A stretch of 64,000 nt of DNA, from assembly GCA_047947115.1 (NCBI GenBank), contig CP170459.1:2976001-3040000 (forward strand), in the 5' to 3' direction. Below, in pieces: positions 40,112 through 50,192 of this stretch. The translations under genes and the position numbers were made by a program. This stretch comes from Verrucomicrobiota bacterium (lineage in GTDB: Bacteria; Verrucomicrobiota; Verrucomicrobiia; Limisphaerales; AAA164-E04). The notes below the pieces were generated by a model. That model was not told the DNA's origin, ran no database searches, and was given only the letters and a program-made list of their open reading frames with translations. Position 1 is the first letter of the stretch. Every line of letters starts with the position of its first letter.

Positions 40112-40930
40112 TTATTGGTTGGACTCTTGCTTGTTGTTACCTATTTTGCGATTTAATTTTTCAATCAACTTGGACGCTCTGCGACTTACAAAAGGGTCCG
40201 GATCTCGAACAAGTGGTTTTAAAAAGTGGATCGCACGTTCTGGTTGGTGCATGCTTGCTATACGATAGGTGGCCCAAAGTCGATCATTGCTTGTAGATCT
40301 GATTCCGTTATACAAAACCGAATGCACATAATTTGATGATTCGTTGGAGTATTTGTTATCTAGTTCTGCTAAAGCATTGTAAGAAAACAATTTGTCAGAT
40401 GTGCTTGTGCTGTTTGTGTGTTGGGATAAGGCATGTATAATATTGATCGAATTGTTTCCAATCTTCCCGATAAACCTGTAGGCATGCTGGCGGGTCGCGA
40501 GTTGATATTTTGATTCGTCCAAATATTTCGTGAAATACTGAGCTGCCTGAGGTCCGTATTCTTCCATCAATCCAAAAATCTCATAGTCTACATCATTCTT
40601 CAACTTCAGTGGATAGCGAGTTCTAACATAGTTGGGCATCCATGACCATATTGTGGTTTTCAACTTATTCATGGCAGTTGAGTGAGTTTCCGCGTTCTTG
40701 CTCAACCATATTAGCCCTTCTGGCCCTGAATCTACTAAAGCCTTTCTGGCATCCATTGCATCATCTAATCGTCCTTCTGCTGAGGCTGCTCGTATTTTGT
40801 GTAGAATAGATGAGTAGTGGAAATTATTGATTATTGAAACGGGACTCTTGGTGAAAAGACTGAAGTAAGTAATTACGAAAATTACTGAGAACAGAATGAT
40901 CATCCGTTTTTTTCTGGTCGTTGTCATCAT
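40112..40930 (-). CDS. Membrane-anchored HEAT-repeat-like protein
   Basis: Basic N-terminus plus one transmembrane helix; helical repeats ending LVRDPDPFVSRRA; AT-rich. Confidence 0.65.
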   Translation of the reverse strand: MMTTTRKKRMIILFSVIFVITYFSLFTKSPVSIINNFHYSSILHKIRAASAEGRLDDAMDARKALVDSGPEGLIWLSKNAETHSTAMNKLKTTIWSWMPNYVRTRYPLKLKNDVDYEIFGLMEEYGPQAAQYFTKYLDESKYQLATRQHAYRFIGKIGNNSINIIHALSQHTNSTSTSDKLFSYNALAELDNKYSNESSNYVHSVLYNGIRSTSNDRLWATYRIASMHQPERAIHFLKPLVRDPDPFVSRRASKLIEKLNRKIGNNKQESNQ

Positions 40931-41102
40931 GTCAAAAATACCTCTGTTTCGTAGCTTTCACGAACGCGTTACCTTAATTCGTAAACAACGGAGCAACAAG
41001 TTCAAATCTGTGTGCATTCAATTTTCTGTGAATAAGTTGTGAATAACTTGAACCCCCTTTAGACAGCCTTTGTCCCACGGTATCCCGCACGGTTGATACC
41101 GT

Positions 41103-42263
41103 ATGAAACATACGCATTTTACCAAACGTAAGTTTCTTGAAGGTATCGGAAAATCCCTGCTTCAAGAACTCTTCACCGCCGCCGATTCCGCTGAATCGGC
41201 GACGACATCCACCCCATCCCCGGAATTACCAGATAAGGACTACTTTGATGCTGTAGCCAAGCTGGCCATGAACCCGGAGCAGCTGCCGGATTCGATCCAG
41301 GAGGCATTTTACGCCATCGAGGAAATGTCTACCGTCGAGGGACAGGATCGATTGCAATCCGCCCTGGATTCCGAAGGCCTCCAACTGGAATTACCCGAAG
41401 ACTCGACCCTGGGAGATTTCGCAACCCGAGTCTTTCTCAAACATCCTTCCCTGTTCGCGACAAAACACAATGAGCAGCGGATGTTCCGATTGTCAGCGTT
41501 CGAGTATCACGTTTCCAAAGAGCCGGAGGATCGATCTGAAACTTTCCAAGAACCAGACAAGGAACAACTCAACCGGCTCTGTTCGGATTTGGATGATTGG
41601 TTTCGAACTCATAACCGGGGGGATCAGACTACGCGCATCTCACCGCACTTCATTGACGGGGAGTATTGGTTTCTGATCCGTCACGGGAACACGTTCGCCC
41701 GGACAACAAAAATCGAACGGCGCACCACCGACGTGCTCCACTACCGTCCAGCAAAGGATGACGTTGTTGTTTACTCTCCCAAGCGGGACGAAATCCGGAT
41801 CAACGCCCAGACCAAGGGAGAGAAGAATCTCTACCGTCAGGTCTTTGGCTGGCGTCTATTTGGGGATAGCGAACATTTCTCCGTGCCCCGGACCTACACC
41901 TTGAAACCCCTCCTGGAACTTGGGGTGGATTCGCTGGAGGTTGATGGAGTCAATGGTCTGTCCAAAGTTGTCCTTCGGGCCTACGAAACTTCAAAGCAAT
42001 CCAGATTCAAAGAAGTCGACATCAAGAAGGCAACGGACATTTTCGAATGTGCCCGTGAGCAGGCAGGAAATCTTCACCCCCTCGCGAAATTGGAAAGTCT
42101 CAATCGAGCCGTCTTTGATCTCTACTTTGAAGGCAGCAAGAAACCTCGTTCGATCCATATCACACCGCCCAATGTCTTGAAACTAAGTCGGCACTGTGAT
42201 GCGGCTACAGTTCATCACTGGCTTCAGCTACGTGGATTTAAGATTGGAAAGGACTGCGCATGA
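41103..42263 (+). CDS. Prophage hypothetical protein (386 aa)
   Basis: Long ORF with an ATGA overlap to the next gene; no catalytic motif recognised. Confidence 0.7.
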   Translation: MKHTHFTKRKFLEGIGKSLLQELFTAADSAESATTSTPSPELPDKDYFDAVAKLAMNPEQLPDSIQEAFYAIEEMSTVEGQDRLQSALDSEGLQLELPEDSTLGDFATRVFLKHPSLFATKHNEQRMFRLSAFEYHVSKEPEDRSETFQEPDKEQLNRLCSDLDDWFRTHNRGDQTTRISPHFIDGEYWFLIRHGNTFARTTKIERRTTDVLHYRPAKDDVVVYSPKRDEIRINAQTKGEKNLYRQVFGWRLFGDSEHFSVPRTYTLKPLLELGVDSLEVDGVNGLSKVVLRAYETSKQSRFKEVDIKKATDIFECAREQAGNLHPLAKLESLNRAVFDLYFEGSKKPRSIHITPPNVLKLSRHCDAATVHHWLQLRGFKIGKDCA

Positions 42264-43261
42264 CAACGCCAACAAAGCCCAGCGCCAAGGAGGTTTGGCG
42301 TGCCATAGAAAATGTGGCCCTTTCTGGAGCTGTGGAAGCCATGTGGCGTCAGTGGTTAGGAGATGGATTTCCAACGATCAGGAGTGGCTTTTTCCGCGCC
42401 TTTGAAAAGCCTGCAGAAGTTTATCCATGCCCAGGGTACTGCGGATGCCAGCATGATGTCATCTGCCACGATGACGGAAAGATCGTTGGTGTGTGTTCGT
42501 GTGATCCTTGGAACTGTGACGACATCAAACTGACCAAGCAGGATTTGGTTGTCTATGGACTTAGCTTGAACAAATTGAGCCTGTCTTTGGCCAGAGCCTT
42601 CGGATTTGAAACAACACCCCTGAATCCCACTCCTGGGGCGCAATTGAACCAAATCGGGACTTTCGGGGGACAGCGGATGCCGATCCTGCTTTGTGTTTGG
42701 AATAATTGGGAACCCTTTTACAACGTCCTTACCGAGCGAGTGGCCAGAATGCGCGATCCCTTTATCCTCCTTACCCCAACAGGGAGGCGCTTGGATCCAC
42801 ACTGCCGGGAACTGTTGACCGCGACCAATTCGGGGGCCTTTGCCCTTGATGAACATGTCAACATTCTTGGAAACGGCACCCTTCATTGCCCTCAATCTGC
42901 CGGTCAGTTGTTTTCCGCATACTTGCCCAAAGAACTCGAAGCAGCGGACCAAAGTGAAGCCTCTCGGGTCATTGCGATGCTCCAGCAATTACGATCCGAA
43001 CACGTCGGACAGAAAGCCGCGCTTTACGAGGTTTTTTCCTATTTGGTGCTGGATGGCTGTTCCCAAAAGGAAACGGCCCGGCGGTGTAAATGTTCCACCG
43101 GATTGATCTCCCAACGAGTCGCAGAACTTGAATTGAGATTCAACGGCCTGTCAGTGGAGCAGTTACGCAACTACGCTTCTGATATTCTGGAGAGTTCCGT
43201 CCTCAAGGGGGATCGCAGGGGCAAAAAACGACCTCATGACCCTCCCAATTCCTTTGATTGA
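42260..43261 (+). CDS. Hypothetical regulator with a Cys cluster and C-terminal HTH
   Basis: CPGYCGC..H..C.C...C cluster; SQKETARRCKCSTGLISQRV is HTH-like. Confidence 0.6.
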   Translation: MTTPTKPSAKEVWRAIENVALSGAVEAMWRQWLGDGFPTIRSGFFRAFEKPAEVYPCPGYCGCQHDVICHDDGKIVGVCSCDPWNCDDIKLTKQDLVVYGLSLNKLSLSLARAFGFETTPLNPTPGAQLNQIGTFGGQRMPILLCVWNNWEPFYNVLTERVARMRDPFILLTPTGRRLDPHCRELLTATNSGAFALDEHVNILGNGTLHCPQSAGQLFSAYLPKELEAADQSEASRVIAMLQQLRSEHVGQKAALYEVFSYLVLDGCSQKETARRCKCSTGLISQRVAELELRFNGLSVEQLRNYASDILESSVLKGDRRGKKRPHDPPNSFD

Positions 43262-43302
43262 CCCCAATTTTTGAACGCTTTTTGAACCGTTCATTTTGAT
43301 GC

Positions 43303-43334
43303 AACCACCTGTAACCGCAGGTGGTTATTTTTTT
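43303..43334 (+). terminator. Rho-independent terminator
   Basis: AACCACCTG-TAACCG-CAGGTGGTT followed by ATTTTTTT. Confidence 0.7.
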
Positions 43335-43410
43335 GCCTTCGCCCGAAAAATGAACGCTTTCAACAGGGTAGAGACCGCACGCAACAAGGCGGAGGAAACA
43401 AAGGATAAAA

Positions 43411-43611
43411 ATGAAAAAAAGCAACATAGGCAAACCCATGCGAGAAGCACGCCGCAAGCTTGGGTTCACACAACTCGACCTGGCCCGAAAGGTTGGTTGC
43501 GGAGAATCGGTGATCTCCCGAATCGAAACCGGACGCATCTCTCCTGAGTCCTGGCTCAAGGAAAAAGTGGCCAAGGAACTGGGCATCCCGACTTGGGAGG
43601 TAGGGATATGA
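43411..43611 (+). CDS. XRE/Cro-like HTH regulator
   Basis: REARRKLGFTQLDLARKVGCGESVISRIETG. Confidence 0.9.
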   Translation: MKKSNIGKPMREARRKLGFTQLDLARKVGCGESVISRIETGRISPESWLKEKVAKELGIPTWEVGI

Positions 43612-43787
43612 TCCGATTTCGGGGACGTCTCATTCGCAAACGACTCACCAAACGCCAAGTCCGTTCCATGCGTATGCGTGATCCCCGCTTTCGGCAATAC
43701 CTGAGCCTGGCCCTGGAAGGAAACAAGGAAGCCATTGCGGACCTGTTCCGTGAATACAGCTTCAAGTTCGGGGAGGAGGAACCATGA
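43608..43787 (+). CDS. Small basic phage hypothetical protein
   Basis: ATGA overlaps on both sides; GGAGG ribosome-binding site upstream. Confidence 0.55.
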   Translation: MIRFRGRLIRKRLTKRQVRSMRMRDPRFRQYLSLALEGNKEAIADLFREYSFKFGEEEP

Positions 43788-44185
43788 ACAACATCGAGAC
43801 CTTGATCCAGGCTGCGATGGAGGCCCCCTCTGAACAACGAGAACAGGCCTTACGCCTTCTCCAAGGGAACCTCCCCAAGCCCGAGCCTTACCTCACTTTG
43901 CGTGAGCTCAGCCGAAAGATCGGATTTGGAGTCACCACGCTTAGGCGGTGGAACATCCCGCGTCACGACCTAGGCGGAACACAACGTTACCGCTTGGGAG
44001 AAGTGGAAGCCTACCTGAGAAGCGATGAATTTACACGGCGTCAAGCCGCCCTTCGAGCCGAACGGCGTAACGCACGTCACACAGAGCAATCGGGTTGCGG
44101 CAAGAACCGCTCCCGGTCTGGGATTTCACGCCGTTCAGCCCGACCAAATCACAATAAACCCAAAAAACAGAAAGGAAACAAATAG
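43784..44185 (+). CDS. Excisionase-like (MerR-type HTH) protein
   Basis: YLTLRELSRKIGFGVTTLRRW...RYRLGEVEAYL; strong GGAGGAGG ribosome-binding site. Confidence 0.7.
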   Translation: MNNIETLIQAAMEAPSEQREQALRLLQGNLPKPEPYLTLRELSRKIGFGVTTLRRWNIPRHDLGGTQRYRLGEVEAYLRSDEFTRRQAALRAERRNARHTEQSGCGKNRSRSGISRRSARPNHNKPKKQKGNK

Positions 44186-44186
44186 T

Positions 44187-44837
44187 ATGGCCGTATTACA
44201 ACAGCCCGTAATCCACACCAATCCGTTCGCACAACAGATTGGAGACGCCCTCGCTCCTGCGGGGACCTACATCGCAACCATCCTGGACATCCATGATGAG
44301 TTTGGAGTCAGCCGACAGAAGTTCCAAAGCCAGGAAATCGAAAAAGTTGATCTGACTTGCTTCCTCTTTGGATTCCGAGACGCACAGGGTCAACCCAACA
44401 AAGTGGCCAGCCGACAGATGAAAATCTCAGGCAACGAGAAATCCGCTCTGTTCGGATTTTTGAAAAGCCTGATGGGCCGCGCTCCCTCCTTTGGCTGGGA
44501 TTACTGCGCACTGAAAGGAGCCAAGTGCCTACTGACGGTCGAACATGTCCAACGCCGTGATGGTAATGGTGTGTTCGCTTCGATTGCCGCGCTTTCTCCA
44601 CTACCTGCCGGATACGATCAGCCTGGGCAAGTTGCTCCACAGCCCATGCCGACGGTTCAACCGGTGGCCCAAGCTCCGGTTCAGCCGACGACACCCTTGG
44701 CCGCTTATCCAACACCTCAGGCCCTTGCGCCTGAACCCTCACCGCAGCCTTCACCTGCGGCATCCCTCCCACCGGCTCCCGCCGCTCCTGCTGTGGCGCC
44801 GAGCGTAACGACCAACGATGACGATGTTCCATTCTGA
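44187..44837 (+). CDS. Putative single-stranded DNA-binding protein
   Basis: PAGTYIATILD start, Pro/Ala-rich linker and acidic tail DDDVPF. Confidence 0.65.
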   Translation: MAVLQQPVIHTNPFAQQIGDALAPAGTYIATILDIHDEFGVSRQKFQSQEIEKVDLTCFLFGFRDAQGQPNKVASRQMKISGNEKSALFGFLKSLMGRAPSFGWDYCALKGAKCLLTVEHVQRRDGNGVFASIAALSPLPAGYDQPGQVAPQPMPTVQPVAQAPVQPTTPLAAYPTPQALAPEPSPQPSPAASLPPAPAAPAVAPSVTTNDDDVPF

Positions 44838-44840
44838 GAT

Positions 44841-45659
44841 ATGGCCGTTCTAACCAAAGCAAAAGTTCCGTCGGGCCACTGGTATCGGTCCGACGGGACT
44901 CCCGCTCATAAACTCCCTACGGCCGATGGTCGTGGAGAACGTGCAACCACGGTGCGTGATGCCAAGCGTTTGGGCTTATTCCCGAGCGTCACCAGCATAC
45001 TTGGTATTTTGGCAAAGCCCGGACTGGAAAAGTGGAAGCTTAACCAGGTCGCTCTGGCAACCCTTCGCACGCCCAAGCAAACCGAAGAGTCCGAAGACTA
45101 CTGGTGCGGTCGTGTGCGTAACGTTGCGTTTGAGCAAGTCGAGCAAGCTGCCGACCTGGGAACGATGATCCATGGGGCTCTCGAACTGGCGATGAACGGT
45201 GAACCCTACGCCGATGACATGCGCCCGTATGTCGAACCTGTCATTGCGTGGAAGGAGCAAACCGGGATCGAGATCATCGAACGCGAAGTGCGATTGGTAA
45301 ACCAACAGCATGGGTTTGCCGGAACCGCAGACGTGTTCTTCCGATACGGGCAGCAGGGTATTGGCATCCTCGACTACAAAACCCGTAAAACTAAACCGGG
45401 AGAAAAGGTCGAGGCCTACGACAACCAGGCGATGCAGTTGGCAGCCTATGGCGCAACTTACTGGGGCGAAGAAAACCTCCCTCGCCTCCTTGCCGCCAAT
45501 GTCTTCATCTCGACGACCGAACCCGGGCGCATTGAGGTCGTCAAGCATCCGGATGTGGTCCGAGATTGGCAGGCCTTCAAGTTGGTTGCCTCGCTCTGGC
45601 GTTATCAGAAGGGCTATGACCCTCGCCAACATCAAACCCTCAACCAACCGGCGGCATGA
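44841..45659 (+). CDS. PD-(D/E)XK exonuclease (RecB/Cas4-like)
   Basis: PSVTSIL, GTMIH, FAGTAD, ILDYKT and QLAAY. Confidence 0.85.
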   Translation: MAVLTKAKVPSGHWYRSDGTPAHKLPTADGRGERATTVRDAKRLGLFPSVTSILGILAKPGLEKWKLNQVALATLRTPKQTEESEDYWCGRVRNVAFEQVEQAADLGTMIHGALELAMNGEPYADDMRPYVEPVIAWKEQTGIEIIEREVRLVNQQHGFAGTADVFFRYGQQGIGILDYKTRKTKPGEKVEAYDNQAMQLAAYGATYWGEENLPRLLAANVFISTTEPGRIEVVKHPDVVRDWQAFKLVASLWRYQKGYDPRQHQTLNQPAA

Positions 45660-47488
45660 TCAAGGATACCAAGATCGTTACGCCTGGGGAGTGGGTAGAA
45701 GTTGAATGTCCGGACTTGGTCTCGGTTGACTTCGAGACATTCTACACTTCCTCCTACTCGGTCTCGGAACTCGGGCACTGGGCCTACACCCATGATGCCC
45801 GGTTCCAGGCCTACCTCGTTGCTGTCAGTGACGGCGAACGGACCTGCGTCTGTGCTCCGGGTGAATTTCCCTGGGCCAGTATCGTGCGGCGGTTTTGGGT
45901 AAGCCACAATCGGGATTTTGATCGCTCAGTCTTTGAGCGACTCCAGGTCCTGGGGCAGATCCCCAAGGATCGGATCGCACCCAAAGAATGGCACTGCACT
46001 GCCGCCTTGTGTGCTTTTCTGCAGTTTCCCCGGGATTTGGCCGGAGCTGTCAAAGCGGTCTTTGATCACACCGTGGACAAAGCCCCGCGTAAGAAAGCAA
46101 AGGGCGTATCGCCTGTCAGCGACGAGCTTCTCGCCCGCGAGATGCAGCTCTACGCCGCTCAGGACGCGTTTTGGTGCCTGCGCCTTTGGAACCACCTTGA
46201 GCGTCATTGGTCGGCACCCGAGAGGCAGCTTTTTGAACTGACCTCCCAGATGGGAAGGCATGGCCTCGGGCTTAACTGGGATTATGTCCGTGCCAAACGA
46301 AAGGAACTGGAAGAGTTAGTCGAATCCATCGCCAACGTCCTGCCTTGGAAACCGGCGACTTCGCTCAAACAGTTTGGCGAAGCCTGCGAACGGATCGGTG
46401 TTGCTCCTCCTGCTTCGACCTCAAACGCTGATCCCCGTTTTCATCGCTGGATTCGAAAGAACATCGATTCCGATGCGGCGTTGTGGGTTCGTCACATGCA
46501 ACGTATTCGTTCGGCCAACCGCACGGCGAAGGTGCTCGAAGCCATGGAAAAGCGTCGTATGCCAAATGAGCGCATGGCTTATGAACTCAAATACTTCGGA
46601 GCCACCACAGGACGTTGGTCCGGAGGCGGCGGCTTGAACCTCCAGAATCTTAACCGAAAAAGCAATGAAGGAGTCGACCTGCGCCAAGCGATCATCCCGC
46701 CTAAAGGACATGTCCTGGGTGTTCTGGACTACAGTCAAATCGAGAACAGGGTCTTGCTCTACCTGGCGGGCGACACCGAGGCCTTGGCCCAGTTCCGGAA
46801 CAATCCGGATGCCGACGCTTACGAAATCCACGCTCGTCGAACGATGGGCTATGACCGGGAAGAATCGCTCAAAGATTACTGCGACCAGAGTGGATCCAAT
46901 CTGAGGCAACTCGCCAAGGCCCGTGTTCTTGGTCTGGGTTTTGGATGCGGGTGGCGCAAGTTTATTGAAGTGGCCCGAGTGATGGCTGGGTTGGAACTCA
47001 GCGAGAACGCTTCCAGAACAGTCGTCGAAGAATTCCGCAGATCCAATCCGCTTATCGTCGGACTCTGGGGTCGATTGCACGATGCCTGTTCGGCCCGTCA
47101 TGGAGAACACTACGCACTACCGCTTCCCTGCATGCAGCAGAACGCTACGCTTAAACGTTACCTTTTTTACCGCGATGTCTGCCTCCGGGATAAGGACATC
47201 ATCGTGACCGTCGGCGGCGACCGGGTTAAAGTTTACGGAGGTCTGATTGCTGAAAATTGGACTCAAGCAACGGCTCGCGACGTTTTGGCTTCGGCCTGGA
47301 TTCGTTGTTCGCAAGCCGGGTTTGTCCCCGTGCTTAGCGTGCATGACGAACTGGTTTTTGAACTCCCGCAATCAACTGCCGAACAGGACCTCGGCAAGAT
47401 CATTTCCATCATGGAACAACCTTTGCCGTGGGCTTCTCACCTCCCTCTGAAGGTCGAAGGGAAGCTCATGGATCACTACACTAAATAA
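45656..47488 (+). CDS. Phage family A DNA polymerase
   Basis: Exo I DFET; TTGRWSG; motif A DYSQIENR; motif B RQLAKARVLGLGFG; motif C SVHDEL. Confidence 0.93.
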   Translation: MIKDTKIVTPGEWVEVECPDLVSVDFETFYTSSYSVSELGHWAYTHDARFQAYLVAVSDGERTCVCAPGEFPWASIVRRFWVSHNRDFDRSVFERLQVLGQIPKDRIAPKEWHCTAALCAFLQFPRDLAGAVKAVFDHTVDKAPRKKAKGVSPVSDELLAREMQLYAAQDAFWCLRLWNHLERHWSAPERQLFELTSQMGRHGLGLNWDYVRAKRKELEELVESIANVLPWKPATSLKQFGEACERIGVAPPASTSNADPRFHRWIRKNIDSDAALWVRHMQRIRSANRTAKVLEAMEKRRMPNERMAYELKYFGATTGRWSGGGGLNLQNLNRKSNEGVDLRQAIIPPKGHVLGVLDYSQIENRVLLYLAGDTEALAQFRNNPDADAYEIHARRTMGYDREESLKDYCDQSGSNLRQLAKARVLGLGFGCGWRKFIEVARVMAGLELSENASRTVVEEFRRSNPLIVGLWGRLHDACSARHGEHYALPLPCMQQNATLKRYLFYRDVCLRDKDIIVTVGGDRVKVYGGLIAENWTQATARDVLASAWIRCSQAGFVPVLSVHDELVFELPQSTAEQDLGKIISIMEQPLPWASHLPLKVEGKLMDHYTK

Positions 47489-47493
47489 CCTTT

Positions 47494-48384
47494 ATGGCAA
47501 TACTTTACCCGTTTTCGAACTTAACGGCTGAACGCCTTAAAACCATCCCAAGCCCCGGTGGCACTCACCGCTGGTTGGCCCAGGTCGCCAGTGGATTAAA
47601 CCGCACCTTGTCGGCTGAAAAATGCGCCGCCTTTCTACGCCGGTGCTGTGATGCATTTGTCCATCATCGCCCGGTTCCGGATAGCGAGATCGAGGGGGCG
47701 ATCCAACTTGCATACGGATCGCAGACGAAGGTTCAAAATAACTTCGGCCGTCAACCCGTCGAGTGGCCGGAACCGGAGCTGCCGATTATTACAAAAGTTC
47801 TGTCCGACGTTACGCCTCGATTTGACCCTGTGCTTGATACTGGCCTCAAAGCGCATGACGTGCTTCCAAAACTATTCCTTCCCGGGGAACTTGTCTGCAC
47901 TGGTCGAGTTGCAGAACAGGCCATCGTGCGTCCGCTTGAAGAAACTCTCCACGACGCTCAGTGGGCTCAGTTCATCGTTCTTAATCCGATGCGCCAACGA
48001 ACCGGAGTCAACAACCAGGGTAAACCATCGGCACGTTGTCAGAACAACACCGCCATGCGCCGTTACCTGGTTGCTGAGTTTGATGCTCCGAACTTGAGCA
48101 AAGAACAACAGGCGCAGTTGATCACCAAACTGTCCACCTTCGCCCCTCTTGTGATGGTGGTTGATTCCGGAGGCAAGAGTCTTCACGGGTGGTTTCAAGT
48201 CGATCATTACAACGCCAAGGACCAGGTGCGGTTCTTCTGCCTGGCCTGCCTCCTGGGGGCTGATCCGACGCGCTGGGACATCTGTGGATGGCTTCGCATG
48301 CCTGGCGGTATGAGGGCGGTTGAAGGACGCCCATCAGTTCGTCAGCGCATTCTTTTTTTCCATCAGGAGGTGCCCCATGGCTGA
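47494..48384 (+). CDS. Putative primase (AEP/RepB-like)
   Basis: YLVAEFD, VVDSGGKSLHGWF and RMPG; lies between the polymerase and helicase. Confidence 0.7.
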   Translation: MAILYPFSNLTAERLKTIPSPGGTHRWLAQVASGLNRTLSAEKCAAFLRRCCDAFVHHRPVPDSEIEGAIQLAYGSQTKVQNNFGRQPVEWPEPELPIITKVLSDVTPRFDPVLDTGLKAHDVLPKLFLPGELVCTGRVAEQAIVRPLEETLHDAQWAQFIVLNPMRQRTGVNNQGKPSARCQNNTAMRRYLVAEFDAPNLSKEQQAQLITKLSTFAPLVMVVDSGGKSLHGWFQVDHYNAKDQVRFFCLACLLGADPTRWDICGWLRMPGGMRAVEGRPSVRQRILFFHQEVPHG

Positions 48385-49603
48385 TGCATTACCCTTGGAA
48401 ATCCTGATGGCCGAGTTCTTGTCCGACGGCTGGCATGAACGGATTGAAGAACAAGTCAAGAAGGTCAAACTGGTCCCGTCTGCAAAGAAGCTTCGTGCCT
48501 TTACCACTCGAAAGCAGGAGGACAATCCCAATGAGCTGATCGAGCACCGGTTCCTCTACCGGGGTGGTGTCTGCCTACTACTCGGCCCAACGGGCATTGG
48601 GAAGTCATCCCTACTGATGCAACTGGCAATCAACTTCTCCGTCGGCAAGCCACTTTTCGGAATCACGCCTGGAAGCACTTACCGTAAAACTGGGATGAAC
48701 ATTCTCCTGGTCCAAGCGGAGAACGATGATGACGATCTGACCGAAATGCGGGACGGTGTCTTTGCCGGTTGTGAACTCAACGAGGAGGATGCCGATCGGG
48801 CATTGGATCAAATCACCGTCAGCACGATCAACGATAAGAGTAGCGACGGCTTTGCTCTCGCGCTGGATGGACTCCTGGACGAATACGGGCCTTTTGATCT
48901 GGTCATGATTGATCCGGCCTTCGCCTACCTCGGTGGAGATAGCAACAGCCAGAAGGAAGTCAGCCATTTCATGCGAGAGCTGCTAAACCCACTCCTCCAG
49001 CGTTACAAGGTAGGGTTGATCCTCGCCCATCACACGAACAAACCTCTTCGGGGAAAGGAGAAGGATAACTGGGCGGCGGGAGACTACGCCTACCTGGGTG
49101 CCGGGTCGGCGGAATGGATCAACCCCGCCCGAGCCGCCCTTGCGCTTCGCTCTATCGGTTCGGACACCGTTTTCGAATTGCGGGCTCCCAAACGGGGCAA
49201 GCGGCTTGGTTGGAAAGACGACAATGATCAGTCCACGGTCACCCAGTTGATTGCCCATCACCGTGAGCAAGGCGTCATCTGCTGGCGTGTTGCCGAGGCC
49301 TCGGAGGTCGAGGAAATGGCCTCGGAGGATAAGGACGCCGGTCGGCGTCGTAGCTGCGATCTGACGGAGATCCTTCATTGCATTGAGGCCAACCCCAACG
49401 AGAACCAGGGGTTTTACAAGGAGCTGGCCAGCGAGGCCATGGGATGCTCCCAGCAGGCGGTTCAAAGAGCCATCCAACATTGCCTTCAGGAGGGGTGGGT
49501 TCGCTTCAAAGAACAGGGTCGAAATCGACTCTATCGGATCACAAAAAAGGGCCAAAAAAAGGCCTCAGAACGCCCAAATGCCCATGACTGGAAAAATGAA
49601 TGA
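48377..49603 (+). CDS. AAA_25/RepA-like replicative helicase with a C-terminal winged helix
   Basis: Walker A GPTGIGKS, Walker B LVMIDP, AHHTNK and GAGS; AGGAGG before ATG 48377. Confidence 0.88.
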   Translation: MADALPLEILMAEFLSDGWHERIEEQVKKVKLVPSAKKLRAFTTRKQEDNPNELIEHRFLYRGGVCLLLGPTGIGKSSLLMQLAINFSVGKPLFGITPGSTYRKTGMNILLVQAENDDDDLTEMRDGVFAGCELNEEDADRALDQITVSTINDKSSDGFALALDGLLDEYGPFDLVMIDPAFAYLGGDSNSQKEVSHFMRELLNPLLQRYKVGLILAHHTNKPLRGKEKDNWAAGDYAYLGAGSAEWINPARAALALRSIGSDTVFELRAPKRGKRLGWKDDNDQSTVTQLIAHHREQGVICWRVAEASEVEEMASEDKDAGRRRSCDLTEILHCIEANPNENQGFYKELASEAMGCSQQAVQRAIQHCLQEGWVRFKEQGRNRLYRITKKGQKKASERPNAHDWKNE

Positions 49604-49704
49604 ATCGAAATTGGTTTTAAGCGATTTGATTCTTGCGAAAGACGCTCAACATTAACTGCTACCACATGAAAAAATGTTTCAACATAATCAGCTCTGATTC
49701 ATAT

Positions 49705-49749
49705 GAATCGAATCACCGCCCCCTAAAGGGGGGGCGTTTGATTCGATTC
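49705..49749. repeat. Inverted repeat, candidate replication origin
   Basis: GAATCGAATCA-C-CGCCCCC...GGGGGCG-TT-TGATTCGATTC; further GAATC/GATTC copies in the AT-rich gap after the helicase. Confidence 0.5.
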
Positions 49750-49793
49750 TATTCGGGCGATGCCGATTTTTCGTCGGCCTTAAACGTGGGAGG

Positions 49794-50192
49794 TTGGCTG
49801 TGAGTTTGTCACCCACGCAACGTACGCTTCGAGCTCTACGGGAGCAAGGCTTGATTTGCGCTATCGTCGAAAAATGGAATCCCTACGGAGGGCCTCAAGG
49901 CATCCGGCAGGATCTCTTCGGCATCATCGATGTCCTGGCTTTGGACCCGCAACGTGGCATCGTCGGCGTCCAGTCAACGGGCAACGACTTCGCCGGTCAC
50001 ATGCGAAAGCTGACCGAGCAACGAGCTCAGGAATGCCTGGACTGGCTTTCGACTCCTGGCGCTGTGCTCGAACTCTGGGCATGGCGCAAGGTCAAGGCCA
50101 AGCGAGGAGGCAAGCTCCTGCTCTGGCAACCTCGTGTCGCCATTCTGCAAGCATCGGATTTCAAGCAGGAGGAAGGAGGAGCAACCGCATGA
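49794..50192 (+). CDS. Restriction-endonuclease-fold nuclease, possible Holliday junction resolvase
   Basis: VEKW..DLFGIIDVLAL...GVQST, a (P)D-(D/E)xK-like variant; typical position after replication genes. Confidence 0.6.
   Translation: MAVSLSPTQRTLRALREQGLICAIVEKWNPYGGPQGIRQDLFGIIDVLALDPQRGIVGVQSTGNDFAGHMRKLTEQRAQECLDWLSTPGAVLELWAWRKVKAKRGGKLLLWQPRVAILQASDFKQEEGGATA

Noticed and set aside
44841..45659. CRISPR-associated Cas4
   Set aside because: No Fe-S cysteine cluster, array or cas1; the context is a phage replication module.
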